A stretch of 64,000 nucleotides of DNA from an uncultured delta proteobacterium (GCA_963808625.1 CAWEHK010000043.1:32001-96000); one strand, 5' to 3'. Counted from the first letter of the stretch, positions 22,041 to 33,444 are shown. Numbers and translations: made by a program. Notes: generated by a model not told the origin, from the sequence alone.

Positions 22041-22532
22041 GTGAAAAAATCAAACACACAACACTTTGGAGACCTGGATCCCAGATATCATTATTCTTTG
22101 AACCCATATCCTGATTTGCGGTTTTCCGGCAAGTGCCCAACATGCGGAGGAAAGACAGGGCAAAAAACGCTGCCTTTACTTATCCACGTTGATCCTCAAA
22201 ACCTGATCACCCTGAATTACACAAACCGATATTGTCGCCGTTGTGACACGCTCATCGGCCACAAAGACGAAATCGAGCATTTGTTGTTTGCGGTGTTTTC
22301 CCAGTCTCGCCCTGATGTTGTTGGTAACCCGTATGTCATGATTGGCACGGTGGAGACTAAAGCGTGCCGCAAAGCTTTGACCCAACCCCAGCCGGTCACT
22401 GAAATTCGGAAGTATGCCCACGATTTTGAGACCTTTGAGGAGCTGCGCATGACCATGGCGGGTTGGTTCCACAAAGACCAGGAGCCTCCGGTGTGGCAGC
22501 CGCCGCCATCCGCAGAGTGGGTCAAACGTTGA
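22041..22532 (+). CDS. Hypothetical zinc-finger (2xCxxC) protein
   Basis: GTG start after AGGAGG. CPTCG and CRRCD motifs. Confidence 0.6.
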   Translation: MKKSNTQHFGDLDPRYHYSLNPYPDLRFSGKCPTCGGKTGQKTLPLLIHVDPQNLITLNYTNRYCRRCDTLIGHKDEIEHLLFAVFSQSRPDVVGNPYVMIGTVETKACRKALTQPQPVTEIRKYAHDFETFEELRMTMAGWFHKDQEPPVWQPPPSAEWVKR

Positions 22533-22633
22533 CCAAGAGATTATCCGTGGAAAGCCAGGAGGATTCTAGTTTACAGAGCATCCGAGGGCAGACAATCGCT
22601 GAATGTGCCAGGACACAAAGGGAAGGAGGCGGT

Positions 22634-23365
22634 ATGGGGGAGCAGTCGAACGAGGAAAAAATAGGCTTGCTTAAGGAAAAACTGGCAGGATGTGAACGGG
22701 TCGCGGTTTTGACGGGGGCGGGAATCTCGGCGGAGTCGGGGGTCCCCACCTTCAGGGGTCAGGACGGGCTTTGGCGGCAGTATCGGGCCACCGATCTCGC
22801 CACCCCCGAAGCCTTTGCCGAGGATTCGAGGCTGGTTTGGGAATTCTACAACTGGCGCCGGCAGGTCCTCGCTCCCCTCCACCCCAATCCCGGCCACCTG
22901 GCCCTTGCCGCCATGGAGAGCCGCTTTCCCCGGTTCACCTTGATTACGCAAAATATCGACGGCCTCCACCAGACCGCCGGCAGCCGCAAAGTGATCGAGC
23001 TGCACGGCAACATCTGGTGGGTGCGCTGCACCGGTTGCGGGAACCTGACCGAAGATCGCCGGGTGCCCCTGCCCGAGCTCCCGGCCTGCGAGGCCTGCGG
23101 CGCCCTCCTTCGCCCGCACGTGGTGTGGTTTGGCGAGATGCTCGACCCGAAAATCCTCGACCAGGCTTACCGGGCCCTGGAAACCTGCCAGGTGATGATG
23201 GTGATCGGCACCTCGGGAGTGGTCCAGCCGGCCGCCTCGATGGGCGCGGCCGCCAGGCGTCGCGGCGCCTTTGTAGCCGAGATCAATCTGGAACCGACTC
23301 CCTACACCGACATCTACGATCTCAGCATCCTCGGCAAGAGCGGCGAAGTGCTGCCTCTGCTTTAA
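22634..23365 (+). CDS. cobB: NAD-dependent protein deacylase (sirtuin)
   Basis: GAGISAESGVPTFRG, TQNIDGLH, ELHG, CxxC pairs, RPHVVWFGE, GTSG. Confidence 0.95.
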   Translation: MGEQSNEEKIGLLKEKLAGCERVAVLTGAGISAESGVPTFRGQDGLWRQYRATDLATPEAFAEDSRLVWEFYNWRRQVLAPLHPNPGHLALAAMESRFPRFTLITQNIDGLHQTAGSRKVIELHGNIWWVRCTGCGNLTEDRRVPLPELPACEACGALLRPHVVWFGEMLDPKILDQAYRALETCQVMMVIGTSGVVQPAASMGAAARRRGAFVAEINLEPTPYTDIYDLSILGKSGEVLPLL

Positions 23366-23920
23366 GGGCTTGCCCAATGGTAACTTGCTCTCATTTCGCC
23401 CCCTTTTCAAATTTTCAAACCACGAAGGACACGAAGGACACGAAGAAATCCTCTTCTGTCCTCGGTCATCCTCGTACTCTTCATGGTAAGAGAAGGTGTC
23501 TTGGACACATGGAGACCCGATGAAGTTCCTTCGCTCGTTCGTTCGCTCGTTCCCAAGCTCCAGCTTGGGAACGCAGGCCGGAAGCTCCAGCTTCCCGTGC
23601 CTGTGAGTATCAGGACCCATCGCCACATCCGACGAAGCTGGAGCTTCCAAGCAGGTCGGTCCCCAAGCCAGAGCTTGGGGACCAGCTTTGGCTGGCTTGA
23701 ACCGTTGCCTTGAACCAAAGCGCCCGATCAATCATTCTCGAACAGCCTCCCAGGCTCCATCCGGAAACACGTGTGGCTGTGTAGGGGAGGGGTTTATCCC
23801 CTCCCGAAAATTGACGCTTTCTCGCCAGCTTGCGGGCGGGAATAAATCCCGCCCCTACGACTTGTGGGGTTTGTGGATGAACACTGACCATCCGACCCTC
23901 GACCGGACATGGAAGCACCA

Positions 23921-24835
23921 ATGAAGGTCCTCTACTCTTCCGACACGCATGTGCATCCGGGTCACCTTCGCCGGTTCCTGCAAGCGGCGAGAGAACTCGC
24001 GCCGCAGCTCCTCATCATCGGGGGTGACATCATTCCGGACTGGAAAGGATCAATCGCCGCATCCATTGAACCTCATAAACTCTGGGTACGGGATGTATTG
24101 CTGCCCCGGCTCCGGGAATTCCGCATTGCCCACAGCGAGGCAAGGGTTCTTATCGACCTGGGAAATGACGACATTGCCGCTGCCAGGCCCCTGATGGAAG
24201 CGGCTGACGGCAGCGACCTCGACCTGCTCCACCTGCGCGTGACAAAGGTGAGCGAGAATTTGGCGGTCTTGGGCTACATGGCGGTGAATCCGACGCCCTT
24301 CTTGATCAAGGACGCGGAAAAACCCGACTGCCGGGACCACGACGGCCTTTCCGACCGGCGAGTCGCAAGAGCCGGCTACGTTACCCACTCGGGCGCAGCC
24401 CTGCCGCACGTTCTGGATCCTTCAGCCGGCACCATCGAGGACGATCTGGCGGCGCTTTCTTCGACCATGGAAGACCCCCGGTGGGGCGATTCCTCTTTCA
24501 TCTTTGTGTGTCACGCACCCCCGAAAGATACTGCCCTTGACACGATCCAGAGCGGGCTCCATGTCGGCAGCCTGGCGGTGAGGCGCTTTATCGAACGCTG
24601 GAGCGGCATCGGAAGACTGATCCTCTCTCTCCATGGGCACATCCACGAAGCGCCCTGGAAGAGCGGGCGGGCCTGGCAGGTTATCGGCGACGTCCCCTGC
24701 TTCAACGTCGGTCAGACCGCGAAAATGCTTCGCGCCTTGCTCGTGAACACGGAAGCCCTTCCCGACTCAGCGCGGCTGGTCACCGTCAGCCGTGATGGGC
24801 AAGTAACCGTTGGGGGCGAGGGGGAATGGCTGTGA
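23921..24835 (+). CDS. Metallophosphoesterase
   Basis: SDTH, GGD, GNDD, CHAPP, HVGS, HGHIHE. Confidence 0.85.
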   Translation: MKVLYSSDTHVHPGHLRRFLQAARELAPQLLIIGGDIIPDWKGSIAASIEPHKLWVRDVLLPRLREFRIAHSEARVLIDLGNDDIAAARPLMEAADGSDLDLLHLRVTKVSENLAVLGYMAVNPTPFLIKDAEKPDCRDHDGLSDRRVARAGYVTHSGAALPHVLDPSAGTIEDDLAALSSTMEDPRWGDSSFIFVCHAPPKDTALDTIQSGLHVGSLAVRRFIERWSGIGRLILSLHGHIHEAPWKSGRAWQVIGDVPCFNVGQTAKMLRALLVNTEALPDSARLVTVSRDGQVTVGGEGEWL

Positions 24836-24930
24836 GTCGTTGCCAGTCGGAACATGACTGCCCTAAAAGCTACCGGCCAGTATACAAGGCGGTGTGGGAA
24901 GAGAGTGACTGGCTGCCACTCGGAACATGA

Positions 24931-25070
24931 ATGCCCTGAAAGGGCTGTATAGAACAGCCCAGGGTCAGCAACCGCGCCACCCTGGGAGGAGAAAAGCCCA
25001 ATCCTTTTTGCCTTTACCCTGAAAGGGTTGGATGAATCGCAGTGCCGCTGTGTTCTATGCAACTCCTTCA
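24931..25070. repeat. Palindromic repeat family GCCCTGAAAGGG...GCCCAGGGTCAGC...CGCCACCCTGG...CCCTTCAGGG
   Basis: Copies at ~25390-25610, ~29955-30108, ~55256-55471 and ~63729-63830. Confidence 0.85.
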
Positions 25071-25748
25071 GGCTAGTACACGTGGGCCGAAATAAGCCAG
25101 TTCCGGTGGGCACGGTGAAGCTGTGCCCACCCTACAGTGTTCCCGGATCCGTAGGGTGGGCAGGTTTTTTTGCCCACCGCAAACATGCACGAACTTATGC
25201 CCATGTGCACTAGATGTTCGTGTTGCACTCGAATGGTCACCGTCAGCCCTGATGCGCAAATCACCGTTGTGGATGCAGGGGGAATGGCTGTGAGTCGTTG
25301 CCAGTCGGAACATGACTGCCATGAAAGCTACCGGCCAGTATACAAGGCGGTGTGGGAAGAGAGTGACTGGCTGCCAATCGGAACATGAATGCCCTGAAAG
25401 GGCTGCATAGAATAGCCCAGGGTCAGCAAACGCGCCACCCTGGGAGGAGAAAAGCCCAATCCCTTTTGCCTTTACCCTGAAAGGGTTGGATAAATCGCGG
25501 CACCGGTTTGGTTTATGCAACCCCTTCAGGGTAAATGTCTTTGTTGTACCTGGCTTCCCAGGGTGGCGCTATCGCTGACCCTGGGCTGACTTATCGAGCC
25601 CCTTCAGGGCAAAGAAATCAGGTTGATACATTTGGGGTGGTGTTTGAAGGCAGGCTGGAAAGCCTGCCCCACATCCTGGCTGCGGCGGACAACGGGCTCC
25701 GACAGGAACCGGGAAACGCCCTCTATGACCGTGCGTCGCACACTCCTC

Positions 25749-25815
25749 GCGTCGCTGGAGTCGTGATCAGGCCGCCTGCTAACGCGACGGCGGCCTGATC
25801 ACGACCCAGCGACGC
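25749..25815. other. GC-rich hairpin downstream of paralog A (near-identical copy at 30247-30313)
   Basis: Perfect 17-bp stem GTCGTGATCAGGCCGCC/GGCGGCCTGATCACGAC, extended by GCGTCGCTGG/CCAGCGACGC. Confidence 0.85.
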
Positions 25816-25884
25816 TCGATACAAGCATCCGGGACTGGCGGAAGCGCCTGCGCCAAGAGCCGGAACTGCCAAGGGTACAAGGGC

Positions 25885-28800
25885 TCAAGGGCCAAGGGCA
25901 ACATCCCTGGAGAGGCGAAAGCCCAAGTTGTTGTCGCGGACGTCGGGCAAGTTGCCGTAGCGAATCGCCGACCGGCAGGACTGCGCAACGTTGAACCAGC
26001 TGCCGCCGCGGACCACCCGATGGGAGCCCCGCGGGTCATCAACCCAGGGGCGCCCATCGTCGGGCGCACCGTTGTAGCTGCTGTGCGAATCATCCTCGGT
26101 CCATTCCCAAACATTGCCGTGCATGTCGTACAGCCCAAAACGGTTGGGCTCCTTCTCCCCGACGGCATGGGTCTGGTCGCCGGAATTCGCCTCATACCAG
26201 GCCGCCCTTTTCAGATCGTCCTCCGTGTCACCAGTATAATATCGAGTGGTCGTCCCGGCCCGGCAGGCAAACTCCCACTCGGCCTCGCTCGGCAACCGCA
26301 AACCGGCCCACTCCGCATAGCCTTGAGCATCCTCCCAACTCACACCCACCACCGGCTGCCGGGGCTGGTTGAAACGCCGGTCAGCCCAGTACCCCGGTTC
26401 GACTATCCTCTGGTTTTCCTTCAAAAACTGCGCGTACTGTTCGTTGGTCACCGGGTAGCGGCCCATGTAGAAATTCGGCACTCGCACCTCGTGACGCGGC
26501 CCTTCGTCATCCCAACGGCCCTCTTCCGTTTCGAGCGACCCCATCATGAAGACGCCCCCGGGAATCCTCACCAATTCGTAGCCGCCCCCCTCAGCGAAGA
26601 CCACATCCTGCTGCGCCTGCCTGCTGCGCTCGGCAAGCCAGTTGCGGATGTCCGCCGATGGGTGCTGCACAAGGCCTGGGCGTAGCCTTCAACCGCCCCG
26701 ACATCCAGGCGTTCCAACACCTGTAGCGCCAGGAGTTGCCGCCGCCATAGGTCCGGGTCGTTCCCGTCGACCGCTTTCAGCAGTTCGACAAAGGGCTCGG
26801 GACTCTTCCCTGCGGCATCGTCAAGACACATCTCGACCAGGTGTGAGAACTCGGCAAACGCCGGCTGACGGAGCACTTCGCGCATGTATGGCGTGAACAG
26901 GAGAATCTTTCTCGATCGCCAGCAAGAGCAGCCCCACTTCCTGCCACCAGGAATCCCCAAAGTGGCTGGCTAAGTCGCACAACGCGTGTTGGTCACCTTC
27001 GAAGGCACGGCGATGGATCTCCCTGGCCGCCAGATACTCCTGAAATCCCAGGTGCATGAAGCCGTATTGCTCGTGGTCCCAGCCGGTCAGCAGACCACTT
27101 TCATCCCGAATGGTGCGCAGAAATGCGTCGCACTGAGTCCGCTCCGCTTCCTCCGAGACAGCCAGGAGACCAACTTACGGATGCCGCTCAGGGACTTCTC
27201 TGTGCTGCCCCAGGACCATTTCGTCTCTTTCAAAGCCGGCTCGATATGGGGCGCCAGTTCAGCCGCCTTCGCTCGGGTTCGCCCCTCCTCGCTGTGGAGC
27301 CACAGGGCCGTCGGCTGCAGCACGCGCCGCCCGGCTTCGGCGCTGACGCTGACCGGTAAGCGCTTGTTTTCCGCCACCGCTCCAGCAACACCTCGATGCA
27401 TTCCTCATACAGCTGTGCGCGCTTGTGAGGCAAACCTCCCTGGTGGCGGTGCACCAGACAGATATTGGTCAGCAGCAAGGGATTGCGCGTCAACTCGAAC
27501 ACCCGACGGGCGCGAAATTCCGGTTCCCGCAATTTCTCTATGAGGTTGTCAGCCTTTTCCCTGGCGATCCCTTCAGCCTGCTCAGGATCTTTTCCCAGCT
27601 CTTTTTCGACGATTCGATACCAGTTGGTAACAAATCGCTCCATCTGGTCGCCGCTCAAAGGGCGAATGTGCATCTCGAGAAAATCTTCGCTCAACCGCAC
27701 GCTGGGGCTATAGCCTGCAAAGCGGCTGGTTACAACAAACAGGCAGGTGGGGTGAGACTTCAGGGCATCACCGATCCATCTCGCCACCCGTTCCCGCAGA
27801 GGAAGGTCCGCCACTTCATCCAGACCATCCAGTAAAAACAGCAGATTCCCACGGTTGAGCAGACGATCTCCAAACCCGCGCCGGGTTTGGAGATGGGGAC
27901 TGTCCAACTGGCTCTGGATGAAAGCCTCCAGCCCGTGGTCAAGGTCGCGCAGGTCCCGAAGGGGCAAGAATACCGGCAATATGTCCGCAGGCAGGGACGT
28001 GTTCTTACGCCCTCCTGGCAGGCACCAGAGCAACAAGCGTTTCAGGTGCGTGGTCTTTCCGGACCCTGGGTCACCGAGGATGACCACTCCCCTTCTGCAG
28101 CGCATTTCTAACTGGCGAAAGGCTTCCGGCAGAGAAATCTCGATGGCCGCATCACACTCCCGCAGGGCTTTTTCAGCATGGTCCGCATCGGCGAAACATT
28201 TATCCGCCACCGGTCTGAGGTCCACCATGGCACGCAGAGGAATGTAGATGTCTTCAATGTCGATGGACACTCTAAGCTCAGTGACGAAACCGGTCACCGG
28301 CAATTTGGCATGGACGGCACCCGCCTTCAAACAATAACGGCGGATCTCTTCTTCAAGCGGCTCACCATCTCCCTCGCGGTCAGCGCGCCAATCCTGCAAT
28401 GCCTTGAGCACCTTGGCCCCAAGGTTCGTCTCGGTGAACCGGGCCGGCATTTGATCCAGAGACAGGCGAGCTTTGAAGGCAGCAAGCTTGTCCTGTTTGA
28501 TCCACTTTTCGGGTCCTGGGTCACAGTCTTTTTCAGAATCGAACACCGTGGATTGCGGCACAAACATCAATCGTTCTCTGGCGGCATCGTACTCCATCTC
28601 GGTGATGGACGTGTCGCTGTCCTCCGGTATCCAGCCGTAGCACCAGGCGATGATCCCGACCAGCACGTCCGCCTCGCGGGCGTAGCGCAGGCATTCGTCG
28701 ACCGTCGGGCGGGTGGTGGCGGTAAAGATTTCCATGCCATGCCAAACCATGTCGGCCATCGTGATGGCCTCCTCGACCACTTTGCGCCTTTCGACATTGT

Positions 28801-28885
28801 CCAGGTAGGTGCTCGATACGAAGACTTTATACCGGCGAGGAAAACTCAACGGGGCTTTCTCTGCTGATTCCTTGGTAATTGGCAT
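25885..28885 (-). CDS. DUF4062 + NACHT + FGE-sulfatase (CLec-fold) protein, paralog A (several frameshifts)
   Basis: KVFVSSTY...GMEIF...SITEMEYDAA (DUF4062). ILGDPGSGKTT, LLDGLDEV, VTSR, NPLLL, HLGFQEYLAA (NACHT). YPVTNEQY, RLPSEAEWE, GLYDMHGNVWEW, RGGSW, GFRL (FGE). Confidence 0.85.
25915..26007 (-). repeat. Putative DGR variable repeat in paralog A
   Basis: Differs from 30413-30505 at 20 of 93 nt, all at codon positions 1 or 2. Confidence 0.75.
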
Positions 28886-29152
28886 AGGATCCTCTGAAGT
28901 AATCCACCAAGTCACACGAACACCTTTTTCATCCACTAATGAACACGAAGACACACCAGGAAGAGAACGGCATAACCAACTCGTACGCATTCATCTTTCT
29001 TCGTGTCTCTTCGTGTCCTTCGTGGCAAAGAAAGTCCTATACTATGAGAGCGAGGACCGTCAAAACATTTCTGGAATAACGACTCGGATCGAGGGGAGGC
29101 CGGGCGGCGATGTTCGAAGAGGCGTGGGCGTAGGTTGGGTTTCGTTCTTCGA

Positions 29153-29626
29153 TCAATCACAGCGTTGTAAACCGCAATCATGGCAGGGAACGAAACCCAA
29201 CCTACGAGGTTCGCCGTATTTGGCGGCTTTTCCTTCCCCGATGCCTTCTATGCCGCTGAGCGCCGATCGAGTCGCGGCCTTCAGTCGAATCATTTTGGCA
29301 AGGTGCTTGTTGGTGGCAATCAGGTAAGGGGGAATCCCCTCCATTTTGGCCCTCGCGGCACGCCACTCTTTGAGGGCGTCGAAAGCCTGCCTTTCTACGT
29401 CGTCCAGTTCGAGGCGGGGATCAGGGCCGCGGCTCGGCCGGCGCTTTCATCGTCCGTCTGCGAGCGGTAGGCAAGAACCACCGTGAGGTAGGGAGTGCGG
29501 TCGTGAACAAAGAAGTGCTGCGAGAACTCGATCGACTTCCTTGTCAGCAAGAAACTCCTGAAGCGGCTCGTCACTGAAACCACCGGCATTTTCGGAGAAA
29601 CGAAAGGTGAAGAGTTTCAGCTTCAA
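29153..29626 (-). pseudogene. HRDC-domain protein of the DGR-accessory type, frameshifted and C-terminally truncated
   Basis: AGGAGG then TTG at 29626. Joined frames read MKLKLFTFRFSENAGGFSDEPLQEFLADKEV/IEFSQHFFVHDRTPYLTVVLAYR.../PDPRLELDDVERQAFDALKEWRAARAKMEGIPPYLIATNKHLAKM...LSGIEGIGEGKAAKYGE, then run into a palindromic repeat at ~29207. Confidence 0.75.
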
Positions 29627-30382
29627 ATCACCGCCCTCCTATCGATAACCCATTCGTTGGCCTGCTCTCATGATGGGCAACCCTGGACACTCAAGCAGGT
29701 GAACCCGCAAGTCTTCTCATAGGGGTTCCGAAATGGCAAAAAAATGCGCTTTCACGGTTATCCCTGCCAACTGTTTCATGTTGGCAAAAAGTCCGGGATC
29801 GTCATTCCCGCATGCTCCAGGCGGGAATCCAGGCGCGTTTTCTCCTCTGGGCTCCCGCCAAAACTGGTCCCGGCAAGCTTTGGGCGGTCAACCCGCAGGG
29901 GTGACGGCCGGAGGACCTTTTGAAACACACCCTTATCCGGGGATGGTAAACGCCAATCCCCCTTTTCCCTTACCCTGAAAGGGTCAGATACATCGTTGTG
30001 GCGGGATGTTTTATGTAACCCCTTCAGGGTAAATGTCCGTATTGTGCCTGGCTTCCCAGGGTGGCGCTATCGCTGACCCTGGGCTAATTTATGCAGCCCC
30101 TTCAGGGCAGGAAAGGTACCTTGATGCGTGTGGGGTGGTGTTGTGACCGCAGGCTGGAAAGCCTGCGCCACCAATTGGCTGCTGCGGGACAATGCGCCCA
30201 CAACAAGTTGGAAGCGCCTGCCATGGTCATGCATCGCACACACCTCGCGTCGCTGGAGTCGTGATCAGGCCGCCTGCTGACGCGACGGCGGCCTGATCAC
30301 GACCCAGCGACGCTCGCTGCGAGCATCCGGGACTGGCGGGAACGCCAGCGCCAAAAGCCAAAACTGCCAAGGGTACAAGGGC

Positions 30383-33300
30383 TCAAGGGCCAAGAGCAAC
30401 ATCCCTGGAGAGGCGAAAGCCCAGGTCGACGTTGCGGCCGCCGGGCGGGGCGCCGCCGCGAATCGCCGACCGGCAGTTCTGCGCACCGTCGTGCCAGCCG
30501 CCGCCGCGGACCACCCGGTAGGAGCCCCGCGGGTCATCGATCCATGAACGGCCATCGTTGGGCGCACCGTTGTAACTGTCATGCCAATCATCCTCAGTCC
30601 ATTCCCAAACATTGCCGTGCATGTCGTACAGGCCAAAACTGTTCGGCTCCTTTTCACCGACCGGATGAGTCTGCTCGCCGGAATTCGCCTGATACCAGCC
30701 AACCCGAGCCAAATCCTCCTCCGTGTCACCTGAATAAAACCTGGTAGTCGTCCCCGCGCGGCAAGCATACTCCCACTCGGCCTCGCTCGGCAACCGCAAA
30801 CCGGCCCACTCCGCATAGCGTCGAGCCTCCTCCCAGCTCACCCCCACCACCGGCTGCCGGGGCTGGTTGAATCGCCGTTCAGCCCAGGATTCCGGTTCCC
30901 TGACCTCCTGGTTTTCCTTTAAGAATTGCGCGTACTGTTCGTTGGTCACCGGGTAGCGGCCCATATAGAAATCCGGAACGCGCACCTCGTGGAGCGGCTC
31001 TTCCCAATCCAAATGCTCTTCTTCCGATTCCGCTGAGCCCATCCCAAAGACGCCCCCAGGAATTCGCACCAGCTCGTACCCACCCCGCTCAGCGAAGACC
31101 ACATCCTTCTGTGCCTGTCTGCCGCGCTCGGCAAGCCAGTTGCGAATGTCGGGCGAAGGGTGCTGCGCAAGCAGTGGCCGAAGTTTTTCAGCGGCCTCGG
31201 TGTCCAGCCGATCAAGGACCTGCAGCGCCGCAAGCTGCCTTTGCCAAAGGCCCTTCTCGCTGTCGGCGGCAGGGCTGGATGCGGACTCGAACCGCTCACC
31301 TGAAAACAGCCGCCGCCAAAAGCCCATGTTGCTGCGGGGGGCAGTTTCGAGCAATTCGACAAAGGGCTCGCTTGAAGTCTCGGCAGCATCGACCAGGCAC
31401 ATTTCCACGAGGTTGGGAAATTTGGCGAATGCCGGCAGTCTGACCACCTCGCGCATGTATGGCGTGAACAGTGATGGCTCATCGAGCGCCAGCAGCAACA
31501 GCGCAACCTCCTGCCACCAGGATTCCCCGAAGTGGCTTGCCAGGTCGCGCAATACCTGCCGGTCGCCTTCGAAAGCGCGGCGGCGGATCTCCCGCGCCGC
31601 CAAATACTCCTGAAACCCCAGGTGCATGAATCCGTAATGCTCCTGGTCCCAGCCGGTCAGGAGGCCGCTTTCGTCCCGGATGGTGTGGAGGAAATCCTCA
31701 GCGCTGCCCCCCTTCCAGTTGACGGCTTTCAGAGCTGGATCAATGGCGGGCGCCAGTTCGGCAGCCTTGGCCCGGGTCCGCCCCTCTTCCCCGTGCAGCC
31801 AGAGGGCCGCCGGCTGCAGCACCCGCCGCCCCGTCTGAGCGCCAACCCCAACGGGCAGGCCCTTGGCTTTCCGCCAGTGTTCGAGCATGACGTCAATGCA
31901 TTCCTCGTAGAGTCGGGCGCGTCCTTCGGGGAGCTCGCGCCGGTGGCGGTGCACCAGGCAGATGTTGGTCAAAAGCAGCGGGTTGCGCGTCAATTCAAAC
32001 ACCTCGGGTGCGCGAAAATCGGGTTCCCGCAGTCTCTTCACCAGCCTTTCGGCCTTTTCCCGGGCAATGACCTCCGCCTGTTCAAGATCTTTGGCCAGCC
32101 CTTTTTCGACGATGCGATACCAGTTGTGGACGAAACGTTCCACCTGGCTCGGCATCCAGCGGCCGAATGTGCATCTCGAGGAAGTCCTCGCTCAACCGCA
32201 CACTGGGGCTGTAGCCGGCAAAGCGGCTGGTCACGACGAACCGGCAGGAAGGGTGGGACTTGCACGGCATCGCCGATCCACGCCGCGACCGCCTCCCGCT
32301 GCGAGAGATCGGCCACTTCGTCCAGGCCGTCGAGCAGGAACAGCAGGTTCCCGCGGTCCAGGAGGCGTTCACCAAACCCTTTCGCCATGTTGAGATGGGG
32401 GCTGTGCAACTGATCGTGGATGAACGCCTCCAGCCCATGGTCAAGGTCGCGCAATTCCCGCAGAGGCAGGAATATCGGCAGCATGTTCGCGGGCAGACCG
32501 ATGGTCTCGGGTCCCTTGCGCAGACACCAGAGGAGCAGGCGTTTGAGGTGAGTGGTCTTGCCCGAGCCGGGGTCCCCGAGGATGACGACCCCTTTTCTAT
32601 CCCGCGCTTCCGATTCGCGAAAGGCTTCGGGCAGAGAAATCTCGAGCGAGCGCCCGCTGCAATCCCGCAGGACTTTTTCAGCGTGGGCCGCATCAGCGAA
32701 GCAGTCCTCGCCCACGCCCCGCAGATCCACCATGGCGCGCAGAGGGAATGTAGATGTCTGCGATGTCGATGGGGACCTTGAGCTGCGTGACAAATCCGGC
32801 CACCGGGAGATTGGCGTGGAAGGCATCCGCCTTCTCGCGATATTTGCGGATTTCTTCCGCAAGATCCTGACCGGCCATGAGGATACGTTCATCCACCGGA
32901 GGTTCAGACAAAACCGCTTTCGAGGTCCCTCCCGGCGTTCTCGCCAGTCGAGCAAAGCGTGAAGGACCTTCATGCCCAGCGTCTTCTCATCGAATGGAAC
33001 ACACGTCTGATCTTGGGAAATCCTTTTCAGAAAGGCTTTTAGCTTGTTTTGCTTATCAGACCTCTCAGGTTCAGGATCAAACTCCCTTTCCACAATGACC
33101 GGCAGGTCGCGATCCAGGACAAACATGAGCCTTTCGGTGGCGGCGTCATACTCCATCTCGGTGATGGACTTCTCGCTGTTCTCCGGTATCCAGCCATAGC
33201 GCCAGGCGATGATCCCCACCAGGACATCGGCCTCTCGGGCATAGCGTAGACATTCCTCAACCGTGGGGTGGGTACTGGCCGTAAAGATTTCCATTCCGTG

Positions 33301-33444
33301 CCAGACCATCCCGGCGGTCGTGATGGCATCCTGGACAATTTTGCGCCTATCCATGTTGTCCCGGTAGGTGCTCGAAACGAAGACCTTGTATGCGCGGGTA
33401 GCTTTCCCAGCGGCTTTCTCAGCAGGTCCTTTGACAGTCGGCAT
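30383..33444 (-). CDS. DUF4062 + NACHT + FGE-sulfatase (CLec-fold) protein, paralog B (frameshifts)
   Basis: Same motif set as paralog A (KVFVSSTY, GDPGSGKTT, LLDGLDEV, NPLLL, RLPSEAEWEYAC, GNVWEW, GFRLSRDVALGP). Confidence 0.85.
30413..30505 (-). repeat. Putative DGR variable repeat in paralog B
   Basis: Counterpart of 25915-26007. Invariant third codon positions and NNC codons at most variable sites. Confidence 0.75.

Noticed and set aside
25915..30505. Paralog A/B tails as remote targets of the TR at 62684-62807
   Set aside because: Numerous mismatches at non-adenine TR positions and different 3' flanks. A different template is required.
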